Source: Mayamaea pseudoterrestris (lineage: Eukaryota). Taken from it: DNA of 64,000 nucleotides. The notes beneath the pieces were generated by a model. The model saw nothing but the letters and a program-made list of their open reading frames with translations, ran no database searches and was not told the origin of the DNA. This document shows, piece by piece, positions 1-12,406 of this stretch (position 1 is the stretch's first letter; each line of letters opens with the position of its first letter). The position numbers were made by a program, and so were the translations under genes. The stretch is taken from the NCBI GenBank assembly GCA_027923505.1, contig BROI01000005.1, positions 1 through 64,000 of the forward strand, given 5' to 3'.

Positions 1-494
1 GTGAGGATTGCTGGTGTTTGATGTGAGTTTGTATCATTATTTGTTCCCGATTCTAAATAGAGTCGTCGAAGTTCATTGGATGATCGCTTTGTTCCATCGC
101 CGCCGTCGCGCGATTTTATTAGACTTTGGCGAGAATGTAAATCATGGCTAGGTAGCGGCAGAAGCGGATAGCAGTTCGAAAGCTTGGTGCGAGGGCGAGG
201 AGGCATGATTGTTGTTGCAAGGTTATTGTAAACGAGTGTGTCAACGACGACGAGACTATAGTGCTGCATCATGGTTGGTCGTCGCGACGAGGTGCGGTTT
301 TCGTGTCGCTACGGTATTGTATGACGTGGATTCGGAAACGGATGAGGACGCCACGTCATCGCATCGGGATTCTTCGCCGGCGCATCCACCATGGCGGAGA
401 GGCCGCTGCGTTCGCACTTGGACAAGCTGCGATTGCATATCTCATATAATAGAATTGCATTGCTTTAGGAACAAAGTAGAGACAAAGCTACGAA

Positions 495-2617
495 ATGGCA
501 GATAGCAGTGAGCCCTCTACTGCTGCAGCAGCATCCGCCGTAAACAATGACGAAGCCGCCGCTCGTCGCTGTCAAGCACTGGACCACCTTGTTTCCACCT
601 TTGGGTTTGAACGACCCGTCGCCGAGACTGCTTTGAATGCCATTGGCAGTCCCTACGATGTGACAATGGCGTACAATTATATTTTGGATCATGACTTGGC
701 ACCAGATCAAGGCGGTCCAGTGACGCCCATTTCATATTGTCCTCACGTTGACGCGCTGGTAATGGTCACGTTAGATCAGCTGCCGCATCTACCACAAGAT
801 TGCGTTTGCGATTATGACACAAGCAAAAACACTCAATCATTCATTGGTCGCTCCAAGGCGGTGAAAGACGAATCGGGAGCCTGTCCGCCCGGCGAAAACT
901 GGCTGTGCCTGTCCTGCGCGTGCGTTCGATGCAGTCGCTACGTGAATGGACACTCGCTCGATCATTGGAAAGAAACCAAGAGCGAGCAGCTTTCAAGTAA
1001 TGATGATAAAGCAGTTTCGGGACACGCCTTGGTTGTGAGCTTGGCGGATCTCAGTGTTTGGTGTCACGAGTGCCAACGTTACGTGGTGTCGCACGAAAAT
1101 TCCAAGCTAAAGCCTATTGTGCAGCGATTGGAGGAGCTCAAGTTTGGCACAACAGAGCCGCAGCCGCAGCAGTCATCCAATAAGAAGGCAAAGATCGAGT
1201 CGGACGACGACATGGAATGTGAGTAAAAGTAGGCAGGGCAGTGCAATCGTTGCTGCATGTTAAAATATCGCGTGTCTTAACTCTACCATTCCAATTATAA
1301 ATAGCTCGCGAAAAGCGAACAGCTGGATCTGCTGCAGGACGATCACTTCAAAGCAATCCATCAAACGACGACACTGACAATTCCGAGAGCTCTGATGACG
1401 ATCCAGGCTCGATTGAGCTTGACTTGTCGGGTCCAAACGGACGAAACATTCTCGACATGATTCGGGCGGCAGCGGCGGAGCAAGGCATTCCCATTGAGCT
1501 CATTCTACAGGAGGCTCAGCTGGCTGGTCTCATTGGCGACGAAAATGAAGAAATTGAGTATCCGTTTGAGGAGAAACCTAACTCTTTGGAGTCACTGGCG
1601 CAATTTATACTCTCCGATAAGTGTCGACGAATATTAATCTTGGCAGGTGCCGGCATGTCAGTCGCGAGCGGCATTCCGGACTTTCGGAGTTCGGATGGCT
1701 TGTATGCGACCATGAACCCCGATTTGGTGACGGCGTCATTGGAGCACCGCCGGAAAATGAGAGTTGACCCATCATCGGCGCTTGACCATCACTTTTTCAT
1801 TGAGAATCCTTTGCCTTGCTTGGAGCTGACTCGCGACTTTATCATTGGAACGCGAGAGCAAAAATGGAAGTCGACGCTTGCGCATCGCTTTGTCGAACTG
1901 TTACACCGAAAATTAGGCGACAAGCTTGTTCGACTGTATACGCAAAATATTGACGGACTTGAGGATCAATGCGTACATTTGCCTCGCGACAAGGTGATTG
2001 CTGTGCATGGCTCTTTGGATCGAGCGGAATGCGCCATGTGTCACAATGAGAGTGACTTTGCAGACTTTGCTGCCAAGGTCAAGGCACAAATCAAGGACCT
2101 TTCGGGGCAAGATCCTGATGCGCCTGCGGAATCGAGTCCGATTATTTGCAACGTTTGTGGCAGCAACACTGTGAAACCATCCATTGTACTTTTTCGAGCC
2201 AGCTTGCCACCAGTGTTTTTCAATCATTTGCCTCAAGACGTGCAAGACGTGGATTTACTGCTCGTCATTGGTACATCGCTGCGAGTTGCCCCAGCCAACA
2301 GCATTGTGTGGCGTGTTCCGCGATCGGCGCTACGGGTACTGGTGAATCGTGATCCCGAAGGCCACCACTTGGGCATGAACTTTGATGAGGCTGAATCAAA
2401 GCGCGACTATTTTGCAGCTGGTGACTGTGAGTCGACTCTCTTGGAGTTGATGGAGCATCTGGGCTGGTTGGACGAGTTAAATCCACTATTATCCCATCAC
2501 AGTTTGCCAGATGCGAGCGCTGCCTTGCTGCGGGAGCGGTTGGCGCGAGACGATACCGAAGCTGCTGAGAGTAGCGACGATGAAGGAGCTGTCGATGAGC
2601 AAGTACAGTCGTCGTAA
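495..2617 (+). CDS. UBA-like + ZnF-UBP + Sir2 (class I, SIRT2/3-like) NAD-dependent deacylase fusion; exons 495-1218 and 1305-2617
   Basis: An 86-nt intron (1219-1304; GTGAGT donor, CTTAAC branch, AAATAG acceptor) joins the two ORFs in frame (..ME-S-REKR..). ZnF-UBP motifs: CPHV, ENWLCLSC..CSRYVNGH..DH, DLSVWCHEC..YV. Sirtuin motifs: GAGMSVASGIPDFRS, TQNIDGLE, VHGS, CAMC..CNVC, GTSLRVAPA. Confidence 0.85.
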
Positions 2618-2849
2618 ACATTAATCTTTGTTCTTTTGAATGGATTGTCGTGCAAGGAGATCGCCAAACATATCGCGCGATCTTGTTTTACGGGTCGTGC
2701 TGCGACTCACTTGCTGCGACACACAGGTCGCGGTGCGGCGCGGCGCGGGATCTTCAACGCCGCGCCCACTTCAAGGCCAAGTGGAACGCGACGCCATCAT
2801 CGAGACTGATGGGAACTGCAGCAACCAACAAGGACGATTGGAAGCAACG

Positions 2850-5328
2850 ATGATGTCCCTTGGACTGCTGCCAATTAGTCTTTTTCTACTCTCTTTATCG
2901 GCGGATTACAGCAATGCTTTTACTCCGTCGCATCGTCCGATTCGATCGGTCGTGAAGCGTCATGCCAGCACCATTGAACAGGGGACGCAGACTGACAAGA
3001 AGTCGCAGTCGGAACGACTAACATCAGAGGAGGAAGATTTGCTGTTCGGAGAAGACGCAGACTATGTACCTAATCCTCCATTTCCGATGCAGCATCGCGT
3101 CAAGGACAAGTTTGGCAACATTTTAAATGATCCAGTTCATCCACTCAGTCCGCTCGACTACTGCACGTCTGATCCCCTTGTCAACAAGCTCGCGACGATG
3201 CGAAACCAATTACAAAGCTGTCCAGAACTGTGGATGGAACTGGCAAAGTACTGTCCCGATAAGCGAGCCTTACTGGACGAGCACTTGTGCGACGACAAGA
3301 TTGATTACACGTTTGCGCAAATGAATGATGCAGTACAAAAGAGTGCATCCGTCTTTACTAATCTTGGCGGCAACAAGGGAGTCAATATTGCCATTTTTGC
3401 GGAAAATAGTGCCGTTTGGTTACTGGTGGATCATGGCATACAACTAGCCGGTGGAGCCTCCGCCGTCAGAGGTGCGGACGCACCGTTGGACGAGCTGCGA
3501 TACATCTACGAGCACAGCGACTCGGCAGGCGTGGCAGTCCTGCAGGGCCCCAAGCTGCTGCAAAGGCTAGTTACAGATGCAAACGCAAAGAGCATGACAT
3601 CTCTTGGCTTGTCGAATGCCAAACATGGACCACTGAAGACTATTATACTCATGCACCGTGAGAAAAAGACTGATGACGATATTGCGAAAATAGCCAAGCA
3701 ACTTGACATTGACATTCTCGTCTTTTCAGACCTTCTTGCGGCTGCACAACCGTTGGGTCAGTCGCGCCGACCAAAGATTGGAAAGGAGGACTTGGCAACA
3801 ATTGTGTACACGTCTGGTAAGTATACCTATTGTTCCTTTGTGAAGTGCCTTTTCGTCACGCACATTCCTTATCGACGATCCGTTTTTCTTAGGCACTACT
3901 GGACGACCAAAGGGAGTTATGCTTACCCACGGCAACTTGCTGCATCAAACTGGGCATCGCCTATCAATCAACCAGCCATATGAGGAATCGGAGCCAATGC
4001 CTGGAGATATAATGGTATCACTGCTTCCGGTATGGCACATTACGGAACGAACGTTTGAACTATGGATGGCCTCGCGCGGGTGCGCCGTCGTATACAGCAC
4101 CATTCGCACCTTTAAGAATGACTTGACGAAGCACAAGCCGCAATGGATGGTACTTGTTCCGCGAGTGTTGGAAAAGATTGCGTTTGGGGTGCTGGACAAG
4201 TTTTCGACAGGCGGACCCGCGGTACAAGCGCTTTCCAAATTCTTTACGAAAACATCGTCAACGGCAGCAAAACATCGCAAGATTGCAAGCAGCGTCGTTG
4301 CCGCGGACGACAAGCCAGGAACTTTGACGAAACTCACATCCAAGGCAATTGTTGCCGCACTCGCTCCAGTCAACGCCATTGGAAACAAGTTAGTCTGGGG
4401 CAAGGTGAAGGATGGTTTTGGCGGGCGAGTCAAAACAATCATATCGGGCGGAAGCGCATTAGCAGGATCGCTCGAATCATTCTACGAAGCAGCTGGCCTT
4501 CGGGTATGCGTCGGTTACGGCCTGACGGAATGCTCGCCTCTTCTCGCATATCGGCGAAGCGATGCCAATCTTGTCACCGCTGGATGTGCTGGCCTACCTT
4601 GCCTCGACACTGAGATTCGAATAGTCGATCCCGAAAGCAAAGTGACTGATCGACCTAGGCCAGCTCTTCCAGACGGACAAATTGGTGTTGTCATTGGTCG
4701 AGGTCCGCAAGTCATGAAGGGCTACTACAAGAACCCAGTCGACACAGCCAAGGCCGTTGACAAGTTCGGCTGGTTTGACACGGGTGATTTGGGCCGGATT
4801 AATCCTGCCACTGGTGATCTAATACTGACAGGCCGAGCCAAGGACACGATTGTACTATCGAACGGTGAAAACATTGAACCAGTACCAATAGAGGATGCCA
4901 TCATGGGAGCGTCACCTTATGTGAGTCAGATAATGCTGACGGGCCAGGATGGCCGAAGCTTGGTTGCCATTATTGTACTGAGTGTGATGGAGCTTTTCAA
5001 TGGTAATTTCTTGACCAAGGAAGAAGCCGACATACTTCAAGTTGCCGGTGACAAGGTCAACGACCCAAAGTGCAGCGAGGAAGACTGCGAACGGTTCAGC
5101 CGCGCGTTGAATGAGGCTGCCGACCGACTGCGTAGCAACTCTGATCTCAAGGCTGCGTTAAAGGCCGATGTTTCGCGAGCGACCAAGGAATTCCGCAAGT
5201 GGGAGCAAGTGTCAGAGGTTTACTTGACGCTGGAACCCTTTGCAATGGCAAATGGTCTCTTGACGCAAAGCTACAAGGTCAAGAGAGACCAGGTAGCAAA
5301 TCGATACAAGAGTCTGCTGCCAAAGTAA
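2850..5328 (+). CDS. Plastid-targeted long-chain acyl-CoA/acyl-ACP synthetase (AMP-binding); exons 2850-3816 and 3893-5328
   Basis: Removing the GTAAGT..TTAG intron (3817-3892) restores YTSGTTGRPKGVML. Also GYGLTE, WFDTGDLG and GRAKDTIVLSNGENIEP. Signal peptide ends SNA-FTP (ASAFAP-like). Confidence 0.9.
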
Positions 5329-5377
5329 ATCACAACCTGTCTATATAATTTAAATGTATCAATTTTCATTCTAACAT

Positions 5378-5995
5378 TTACATTTTACTTTCGCTTGCCT
5401 TTCTACTTTCTTGTCGCCGCAGCTCCTCGTCCAAGGCAAGCATTAAGGCCGAAGTAGCCGAGACGAGTCGCTGGTATTCATCCACAATGGCATCAAGTTT
5501 GGCGGCAGCCTGTTCCACTGTTTTTTGCATGCCCACAAACTGTTCGACACATGTTTCAAGTCGATTTTTGTCGTTTTGGGAGACTTCCACCGACAGAATT
5601 GGCGCATTGACAATTTGATCTTCCGTCAGACTCTCTGTGTTATTGTCAATATCTTGTCCAATGGCAACTAATGAATAGATACTAGCGAGTTGATCCAAGT
5701 CGTCCAGCGTATCTGGCGCCGACGCGAGCACCATCTGCTTCCGGTACATTAATGGAGCCGAAACATCCGTCTGATAGGTTAGCGCTGCTCCTGGACTCAA
5801 CTCCTCAAACAAGCGTTCCGATTCGGCAAACACTTCTTGCAGCTCGTGCGGACGCAGTTTGGCTGCCAGTTGATGCTCCAGCATGTCGAGGCGACGAACT
5901 AAATCATTGTTGTTTGTATCACCCTTACTGGAGGCATCAATGCCCATTTCCAGCTCCACAGCGGCTAGGCGTCGCTGAAAGTCGGCAAGTGACAT
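5378..5995 (-). CDS. Coiled-coil protein, possibly dynactin p22/DCTN3-like
   Basis: 205-aa helical ORF. The N-terminal 'LADFQRRLAAVE' and C-terminal 'AIVDEYQRLVSATSALMLALDEEL' resemble the DCTN3 pattern by eye. Confidence 0.5.
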   Translation of the reverse strand: MSLADFQRRLAAVELEMGIDASSKGDTNNNDLVRRLDMLEHQLAAKLRPHELQEVFAESERLFEELSPGAALTYQTDVSAPLMYRKQMVLASAPDTLDDLDQLASIYSLVAIGQDIDNNTESLTEDQIVNAPILSVEVSQNDKNRLETCVEQFVGMQKTVEQAAAKLDAIVDEYQRLVSATSALMLALDEELRRQESRKASESKM

Positions 5996-6668
5996 GGTAA
6001 GAGTGCGCTATGAAGCTTAGCAATGGCAGTTTACAAGCAGTGAAGGGTGCAGAACATCCGTCATGGTGGTTTCTTGGGAAACGCTCGATCATGAATTACT
6101 TGTCGCAGCAGTACCCGCGCCAACACCCGGCAATGAAAAGGGCTAAAATTGATCACTTACAGCTAGGGTTATCAATCTTGCGATCGCTGGTTGTTCGCCG
6201 ATTCGGCTTTCAAGGGTATCTTCTTCCAGGAGTCCCGCAAGGGCACGTAGACTTTCCTACCAGGGGCCGTTGCGGGGGGTGTCGCAAGTTGCCTCCGCGC
6301 AATTTCTGTGGCGCTGCTGCTCCGACCGATTGGTCACACCCGTCCCGCCTGCTTCTTTGCCTTGTTGGTTGACTTTCATTGCAATCCTTACTTGTAGCAT
6401 TCGCTAGAAACGAGACTTTGACAAGCTAGAAGTCGACAACCTGCAAAGTTTTAAACAGGACTTTTTCAACGACGCGCCTGACGAACTTGAGATTTTGGCG
6501 CGATCCATTGGAGTGCCACCAACTCAAAGTCCTTGGAATTGAACACGATTTGCTGCTGCAGAGCTAGCGATCCAAAAAGTCCTGTTCCATCGCAGTTTGG
6601 CAAGCAACTGTCTGTATAAGCGACAAAGGCTATAGAAACGCATCAATTCGCACCTTTAGAACATCATC

Positions 6669-8280
6669 ATGGCACCGTCGTATCGATCATCCGCGGAAGT
6701 CTCGGCAACCTTGGCCGCCAACGACCGCTACGCGCAAGAGTCGGCGCCAGTCTATCCTCCTCCGCCGCTGCCGCAACCGCAAAAGAGTAGACTGCAAATG
6801 TTTGATCGAAGGCGACGAAGACTCGACAAGCAGCAAGCCGCAAACGCTGCAACTCCATTGGAGAGTCGTACGACGGACACCAAGAAGAACAGTCGGCGCT
6901 CCTTTCGTAACCCCAAAAGTCCCAATTTGATTGACGACGACGATGACGAGGAGCTTGACCCATATGACTCTGATCCTGGACAATCCTATAGACAGCACTG
7001 CATGTCACTGAATGGAATCGGCACCAAGACTTGTCTGGGCGTACCAACAATGTTCAAAAGCAAGCGTCTCCAGGGCGGAGGCGGCGAAACGGTCCTGACG
7101 GCACCTCCCAGCCCGCTGGCGAGTGAAATGGGAGACTTGTTCGGAAGCCTTCCCGCCAGTCTGCCGCCAGACATTCATCGCGTCAGGTACTCGCTCCGGT
7201 CGAGTGTGACGGATGGTGCCGAGAAGCAACTGACTGGACCAAGCGTCATGGAGCGAAGGGAGCTGAGGCCGAATCATGTTCATTTGAATGTGAGTCATTG
7301 GAGTGACATGGGTGGGAGACCGTATATGGAAGACAGGTATGTATATATTGCATGATGATGGTGTGCAGTCGCGTTAATTAGTCCGCAGAAATCTTCTTAC
7401 AAACCACTCTTCCCGTCGTTACAGATATGTAATTGAAGATTTGGATGCCGTTCAAGTCGAAGTCAGCCCAGTCGCATCAAGGACAAACTCACAAGACGTG
7501 GAGGTGACGTACGGGCCGAAAAAGACGAAGCGACTTACGATGCCGCTTACGTTTTTTGGGATTTTTGACGGCCATGGCGGAGACAAGGCGAGTCAGTTTT
7601 GCGCCGACTGGATGTCGGCTTATATTCGCAACGATGCATCGTATCCATATGACCTTGGCTACTCGATGAAGAATGCATTTACAACTGTCGATGAAGACTT
7701 TGTTGGAACTGGCTATCCCGATGGCACAACGGCTTGCTGCGTCACCATGGTGGGCGGTCGCCGCATTGTCTGTTCCAACGCGGGCGACTCGAGAGCCATT
7801 GTTGTACGGCGCGATGGGTCCATTGTGCGTCTAAGCCGCGACCACAAGCCGGGCATGCCAGACGAGACTCGACGCATTTCGGAACTTGGGGGACGTGTCA
7901 TTTACTGGGGTAGATGGCGCGTCGAAGGCTTGTTGGCTGTTTCAAGAAGCATTGGGGATGCCTCGTTGAAGCCATACATTACCGCAGAGCCGGAGATTTG
8001 CGAGTATGATGTCGGAAAGGATGATCTATTTCTGATTATATCAAGTGACGGTGTTTGGGACGTCATGGATAATGAAGAGGCTGCTCATGTAGTGATAGCA
8101 TCGTCATGCGCCATGGAGGATGGCAAGTTAAAGATTGACACGAATCGCTTCAAGTGGGCGGCACGAAACCTTTGTGAGCATGCCCGGTCATGCGGGTCGA
8201 CGGACAACTTTTCGGTCCTTTGTGTCGATCTCAAGTCTTGTGGCAACCCAGCGGCAACGCAAGGCCGCTATACTCCATAA
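6669..8280 (+). CDS. PP2C/PPM-family Ser/Thr phosphatase; exons 6669-7336 and 7425-8280
   Basis: GGRPYMEDR across the GTATGT..ACAG intron (7337-7424), FFGIFDGHGG, NAGDSRA, SRDHKP, LAVSRSIGD, SSDGVWD, GSTDN. Confidence 0.92.
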
Positions 8281-8474
8281 ATACTAATTATAGAGCCCAT
8301 TGCATTTCTTTCGTTCATCATTGGGTGGGTTTTTCTGTAGTCTGTTTAAGTTGTTAAAACAACCGGGATGATGGATAGCGCAAGGTGACATAGTGAAATA
8401 TCGCTCCGGTATTCGAAATTCTTTCGATTGTTCGATGGCCGATTGCTATCACACACCACCAATTTTTGTCGAAC

Positions 8475-9278
8475 ATGTTGGCGCCTCTAGCAAGGAGTTT
8501 AGGAGTTTCTTCAGTGAAATTGAAACTCCGAATGAGTTGCTCTTCATCAATTGCGCGGACACTTCGCACAAGCGCAGCATCGGAGTGGAAGCTGCGACCG
8601 GATTATGGCCATCCGATAATCCGACGCACCTTTGGAAGCAATGCAAATGATGATGGAAAACCAATGGAAGACGAGTCTAAAATCTCTCAACTACTTTATG
8701 AGAGTCCTCTCGGGACAGTAGTTACTCGCCTGCGCACCGTTTCGCTTGCAACTGGAGTCTGCGGAAGCCTTGGTCTGCCCTTGGTCATTTCGTTAAAGGG
8801 AGGCGAGCTACCAACAACTGGATTGCTAGCAACAGGTATCATGTTTTGCATGATGTCATGGGGATCAACTGCCGCTGTGCATTACATTTTTCATCCTTAT
8901 GTGTACGAGATTTACAAGATACCAGTTCGCCTTTGTTCGTCTAAGAAACCAAACGAAGATGACCACTTGGATGCTGCCGCACAATCTGAAACGGACATGC
9001 CAACCCCTGCAGATCCGACAACATTAAAAGGCCCCTTTCTATTCAAGGCAGTGTCCAAGAGTTTGTTCCTGGGCCGGACTGAGACTGTCTTTGATCCGTT
9101 CCTTGACTTGGCCGCTTACGAGGGATACAGGCCCATGTGCAACTTTACAGCCAAAGGCGTGCCTCTCTATGTTCATCCACAAATGGTAAATAACAAGGAG
9201 CTAAAGAATGCTCTTCATTTTCTGACGAACATTCCAGAAGCGGTAACAACGAAAGAGAATCCTGATGACTTCTTATAG
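8475..9278 (+). CDS. TMEM70-like mitochondrial membrane protein
   Basis: Arg/Ser-rich presequence, 'LLYESPLGTVVTRLRTVSL', two hydrophobic helices and 'ST..VHYIFHPYV', typical of the TMEM70/DUF1301 family. Confidence 0.6.
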   Translation: MLAPLARSLGVSSVKLKLRMSCSSSIARTLRTSAASEWKLRPDYGHPIIRRTFGSNANDDGKPMEDESKISQLLYESPLGTVVTRLRTVSLATGVCGSLGLPLVISLKGGELPTTGLLATGIMFCMMSWGSTAAVHYIFHPYVYEIYKIPVRLCSSKKPNEDDHLDAAAQSETDMPTPADPTTLKGPFLFKAVSKSLFLGRTETVFDPFLDLAAYEGYRPMCNFTAKGVPLYVHPQMVNNKELKNALHFLTNIPEAVTTKENPDDFL

Positions 9279-9681
9279 TGGCAGAGGTTGAACTAAGATT
9301 TGCTAACTTGTCAGATTTCGTCTCTCGTATGAAACACACCACTTGAACCTAGTCATTTGATGCATATTATCTTTCAAGGACACTGGGATGTGATGGAGGT
9401 GCTGCTCGGCACGCTTTGAGCTACTCTAACAGCTTGGGTAGTGTTAGATAGCTATCTGCGTCCGAGCGGTACACCATTGCCACGTCAGCTATCGCGCCTT
9501 GAAGAATTTGAATGAGAGCGACTGACCATGGCGGTTTCTTCTGTCGTCCAGAACTTTCGCTGTGACAGCTTGCTGTCAAACGGCCTGCAACTCTCTGCGG
9601 GCAACCTTTTAAACGGTTTCTCGTGAGAAACGAAAAGTCATACATCTTTTTGCACGTAAAAAGAAAAGTTTTGGCGACGCA

Positions 9682-11814
9682 ATGGTGCTTCGTTTGCTTC
9701 TCCTCGTGCTTCCATTGCTCGACATTGCCTCTGCATTCCAAACAACGACGCGACCAAGTCTTTTGCCAAAACACTTTCCACTGGCTGCAAAAGTGCGACG
9801 GGAAGATGAAATTCGCCGGAAAATAATACAGCTGAAGCGCGAAGGCCGCCTAAAGAAGGGAGAAGCGGATGCGTCCTTTGCAGAAATCGACGAGGACGAT
9901 GACAATGACGACAACGATTCGACAGATTCAGACCGAAACGCATTGTATGAAATAAAGATTAGAAACAAACTTGGTGATAAGCAGAGCAAAATGCTAGGCA
10001 TCGGCATTGGAAGCGACCGAGAAGCAGCTGTTTCGTTGGATGGAACACTCGAGAAAGACAGCACCGCACTTGAAGCTCGCATTGGAGCCCTTCCACAGCC
10101 CGCAAGTGATCTGGACGCATCCTCATTCAAAGATGAAAGAATTTTTGATGTAGTTGCTTCTTCTTCCGAACCGAGAAAGCCGCTGATTAACCCAGACTTG
10201 TTTAACAAGGCTGACGACGAGAAGGAGCGCTCCGAGGACGAGCTTGTCGCCTTGGTTGCAGCGCGCTTTGCCGAAAAGAAGGAACGCGAGCAAGCTGAAA
10301 AGGAACGTCAGTCATCCGAGAAGCTGAAGGAACGTCTTGCACAACTCAAGGCGGACGAGGCGCAAGTAGCGGCTGCACGAGCACAGCAATCGTCGTCGGC
10401 GCAGCTGACAACCGGCATTGGCGGATCCTTTTCACAAAATGAAACTGCGCAATCAGACATGTATCAGCCCAAAGTTGGCACCTGGGGTGCGTTTCCTCGT
10501 CCACGGGATATATCAAAGGCATATGGCGGTGGCAGACGTATTGGCCCTGGTTACAGTCAGGAGCAGGAAACCGTCGACGCTGACGCTGAAACGAGAGCGA
10601 TCCTGCAGCGGTATCGTGAAAAGGCGGGCATTGATGTCAAGTCGGAACGAGAGTTTGCATCAGAAATAAATGAAGCATTGGAAATTGGCAGCCGATCTAT
10701 GCAACGGGGCCTCTACAGCAATGCAGTGTCGGCGCTTGAAAAGGTGACCAAATATTGTTCCACGAATAGTCAGGTGGGAGGATCGGTATATCTAGAGCTG
10801 GCCATGGCATATGAAGCGGCCGGACGAACGCAAGAAGCAATTGCGGTCTACAAAGCTTTGACCGAATCGCGGATAGAACGAATCAAGGGCAACGCCAAGA
10901 AGCTCCTCTATGGCATTGAAGCATTCACCTTTATGCGCGATGACGTCAAGGCATCAGAATTCTCTCGAAAGCAGGCCAAAAATACATTTATTGACACCAC
11001 TGGACTTGCTAACTTTGCCAAGAACTTTGATGATGTTTACAATACGGCATATATAGACCTTGAAGGAGGTTTCTACAAGAAACTCTCGGAAAACGTTGTC
11101 CGATCGCACCGAGAAGCCCGACAAGTGCTACTGCGGGCGACGGATGGAGGTGAACAAAGCCGCCTCAAAATCGTCCAGGCGCTTCGATCTATCGCTCGCC
11201 GATTCGATGACGCTCTACAAAAGGAGATTACCTTGAATGCTCCTCAGCCAGAGGCTGTCGCTGTCATTAACGGACGACCAATTCTTGCCGCCAAACAACA
11301 GACTATGGATGAGACTGTATCTTCGTTTCGAGCGGACGATTTCATACTCGGCGACGCGGATACAATGCTTGAAAACTTGGATGGCTACTGGAGGCTTCAA
11401 CTTCTTGCTGACAAGCGAGGCGAAGGCGTCAAATTCTTCAACAAAACGGAATCTTGGCAGTCTGTTGATGTGGACAATCGCAGGTTTAGTTCCTCTGGAC
11501 CACAAGGATTCACCAGGTTTGAGCAGAGCGGAAAAATTGAATTCAACAGAAAACGACGAATACTTTGGCGCTCTGGCGTGCGAGTGACAAGTGGGGGCGT
11601 GTTTACCGGGCTCTTTGGTGGAAAGACTGCTGGTTGTTTCGGTGCGATTCGAGCGCCCCAGCAAATCATGTCGGTCGACTCGGTCCTACTCGTAACTCGT
11701 GGCGTCCCATCGCGACGAGTACGCCAAACTGACGACGACAAGGACTACTTTGCAGTTTGGCGAAGGGTGGAACCCACAAGCTTGCAAACCATGCCAATGT
11801 GGCGGAGAAGGTAG
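9682..11814 (+). CDS. Plastid-targeted protein of unknown function with a TPR-like segment
   Basis: Signal peptide ending ASA-F. Conserved-looking YQPKVGTWGAFPRPRDISKAYGGGRRI. TPR-like LELAMAYEAAGRTQEAIAVYKAL. Confidence 0.7.
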   Translation: MVLRLLLLVLPLLDIASAFQTTTRPSLLPKHFPLAAKVRREDEIRRKIIQLKREGRLKKGEADASFAEIDEDDDNDDNDSTDSDRNALYEIKIRNKLGDKQSKMLGIGIGSDREAAVSLDGTLEKDSTALEARIGALPQPASDLDASSFKDERIFDVVASSSEPRKPLINPDLFNKADDEKERSEDELVALVAARFAEKKEREQAEKERQSSEKLKERLAQLKADEAQVAAARAQQSSSAQLTTGIGGSFSQNETAQSDMYQPKVGTWGAFPRPRDISKAYGGGRRIGPGYSQEQETVDADAETRAILQRYREKAGIDVKSEREFASEINEALEIGSRSMQRGLYSNAVSALEKVTKYCSTNSQVGGSVYLELAMAYEAAGRTQEAIAVYKALTESRIERIKGNAKKLLYGIEAFTFMRDDVKASEFSRKQAKNTFIDTTGLANFAKNFDDVYNTAYIDLEGGFYKKLSENVVRSHREARQVLLRATDGGEQSRLKIVQALRSIARRFDDALQKEITLNAPQPEAVAVINGRPILAAKQQTMDETVSSFRADDFILGDADTMLENLDGYWRLQLLADKRGEGVKFFNKTESWQSVDVDNRRFSSSGPQGFTRFEQSGKIEFNRKRRILWRSGVRVTSGGVFTGLFGGKTAGCFGAIRAPQQIMSVDSVLLVTRGVPSRRVRQTDDDKDYFAVWRRVEPTSLQTMPMWRRR

Positions 11815-12187
11815 CGCGACTCGAGATGTTTGACGATGGACTGTAAAAGGCATAGAAGCACAGTAGAAATCTCATTAAGCATTATACACCACTTCGCTAC
11901 ATTGAGTATCACACACGTTATAGTCAGCTACCGGTATGCTACCGGACAGGCATCTATAATAGAAGATGCGTCGACCTGCGGAAAACGATCCATCGTAATG
12001 ACTGATGACATGAAACACTTCGGTCTTGCTATGACTATGACATTCTTAAACACGACCGACTAGTTAACTCTTTAGGCAATTTGAGCAGTGCCACGTGGCC
12101 AAGCTGGCATTTCTCGAGTTTCGCTGGTCATTTTCGCTCGGCTTCTTTCCTATTAATACTCGCGTCGACGCTTCGAACCTCCGAAAC

Positions 12188-12406
12188 TGATAGAATTGAG
12201 TAGGATAGCTAATGGTTCGGGTGAACCAACGGACAACTGCTGGCTCAGCGGTATCCGGTGTGACATCGCACGATACCGCATTACTTAAATACCGACCGGT
12301 CTCGGTCATCATAACTTCGGTTTAGGCAAGACGACGAGACCGTGTTGGGGCACGTTATCGGGCCAATTGACTGTTGTAGCTTTACGGATTCAACTAGGAT
12401 TCATCA
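12188..12406 (+). repeat. 5' LTR (219 bp)
   Basis: TGATAGAATT...GATTCATCA; matches 18121-18339 except T12306 vs C18239. Confidence 0.97.

Noticed and set aside
1..494. Short ORFs at the window start
   Set aside because: No motifs; overlapping short frames in probable upstream or intergenic DNA.
2640..2849. Upstream ATG extension of the acyl-CoA synthetase ORF
   Set aside because: The signal peptide begins at ATG 2850; the extension overlaps the previous gene's 3' region.
6010..6372. 120-aa ORF between the DCTN3-like gene and PP2C
   Set aside because: No recognisable features; lies in a divergent promoter region.
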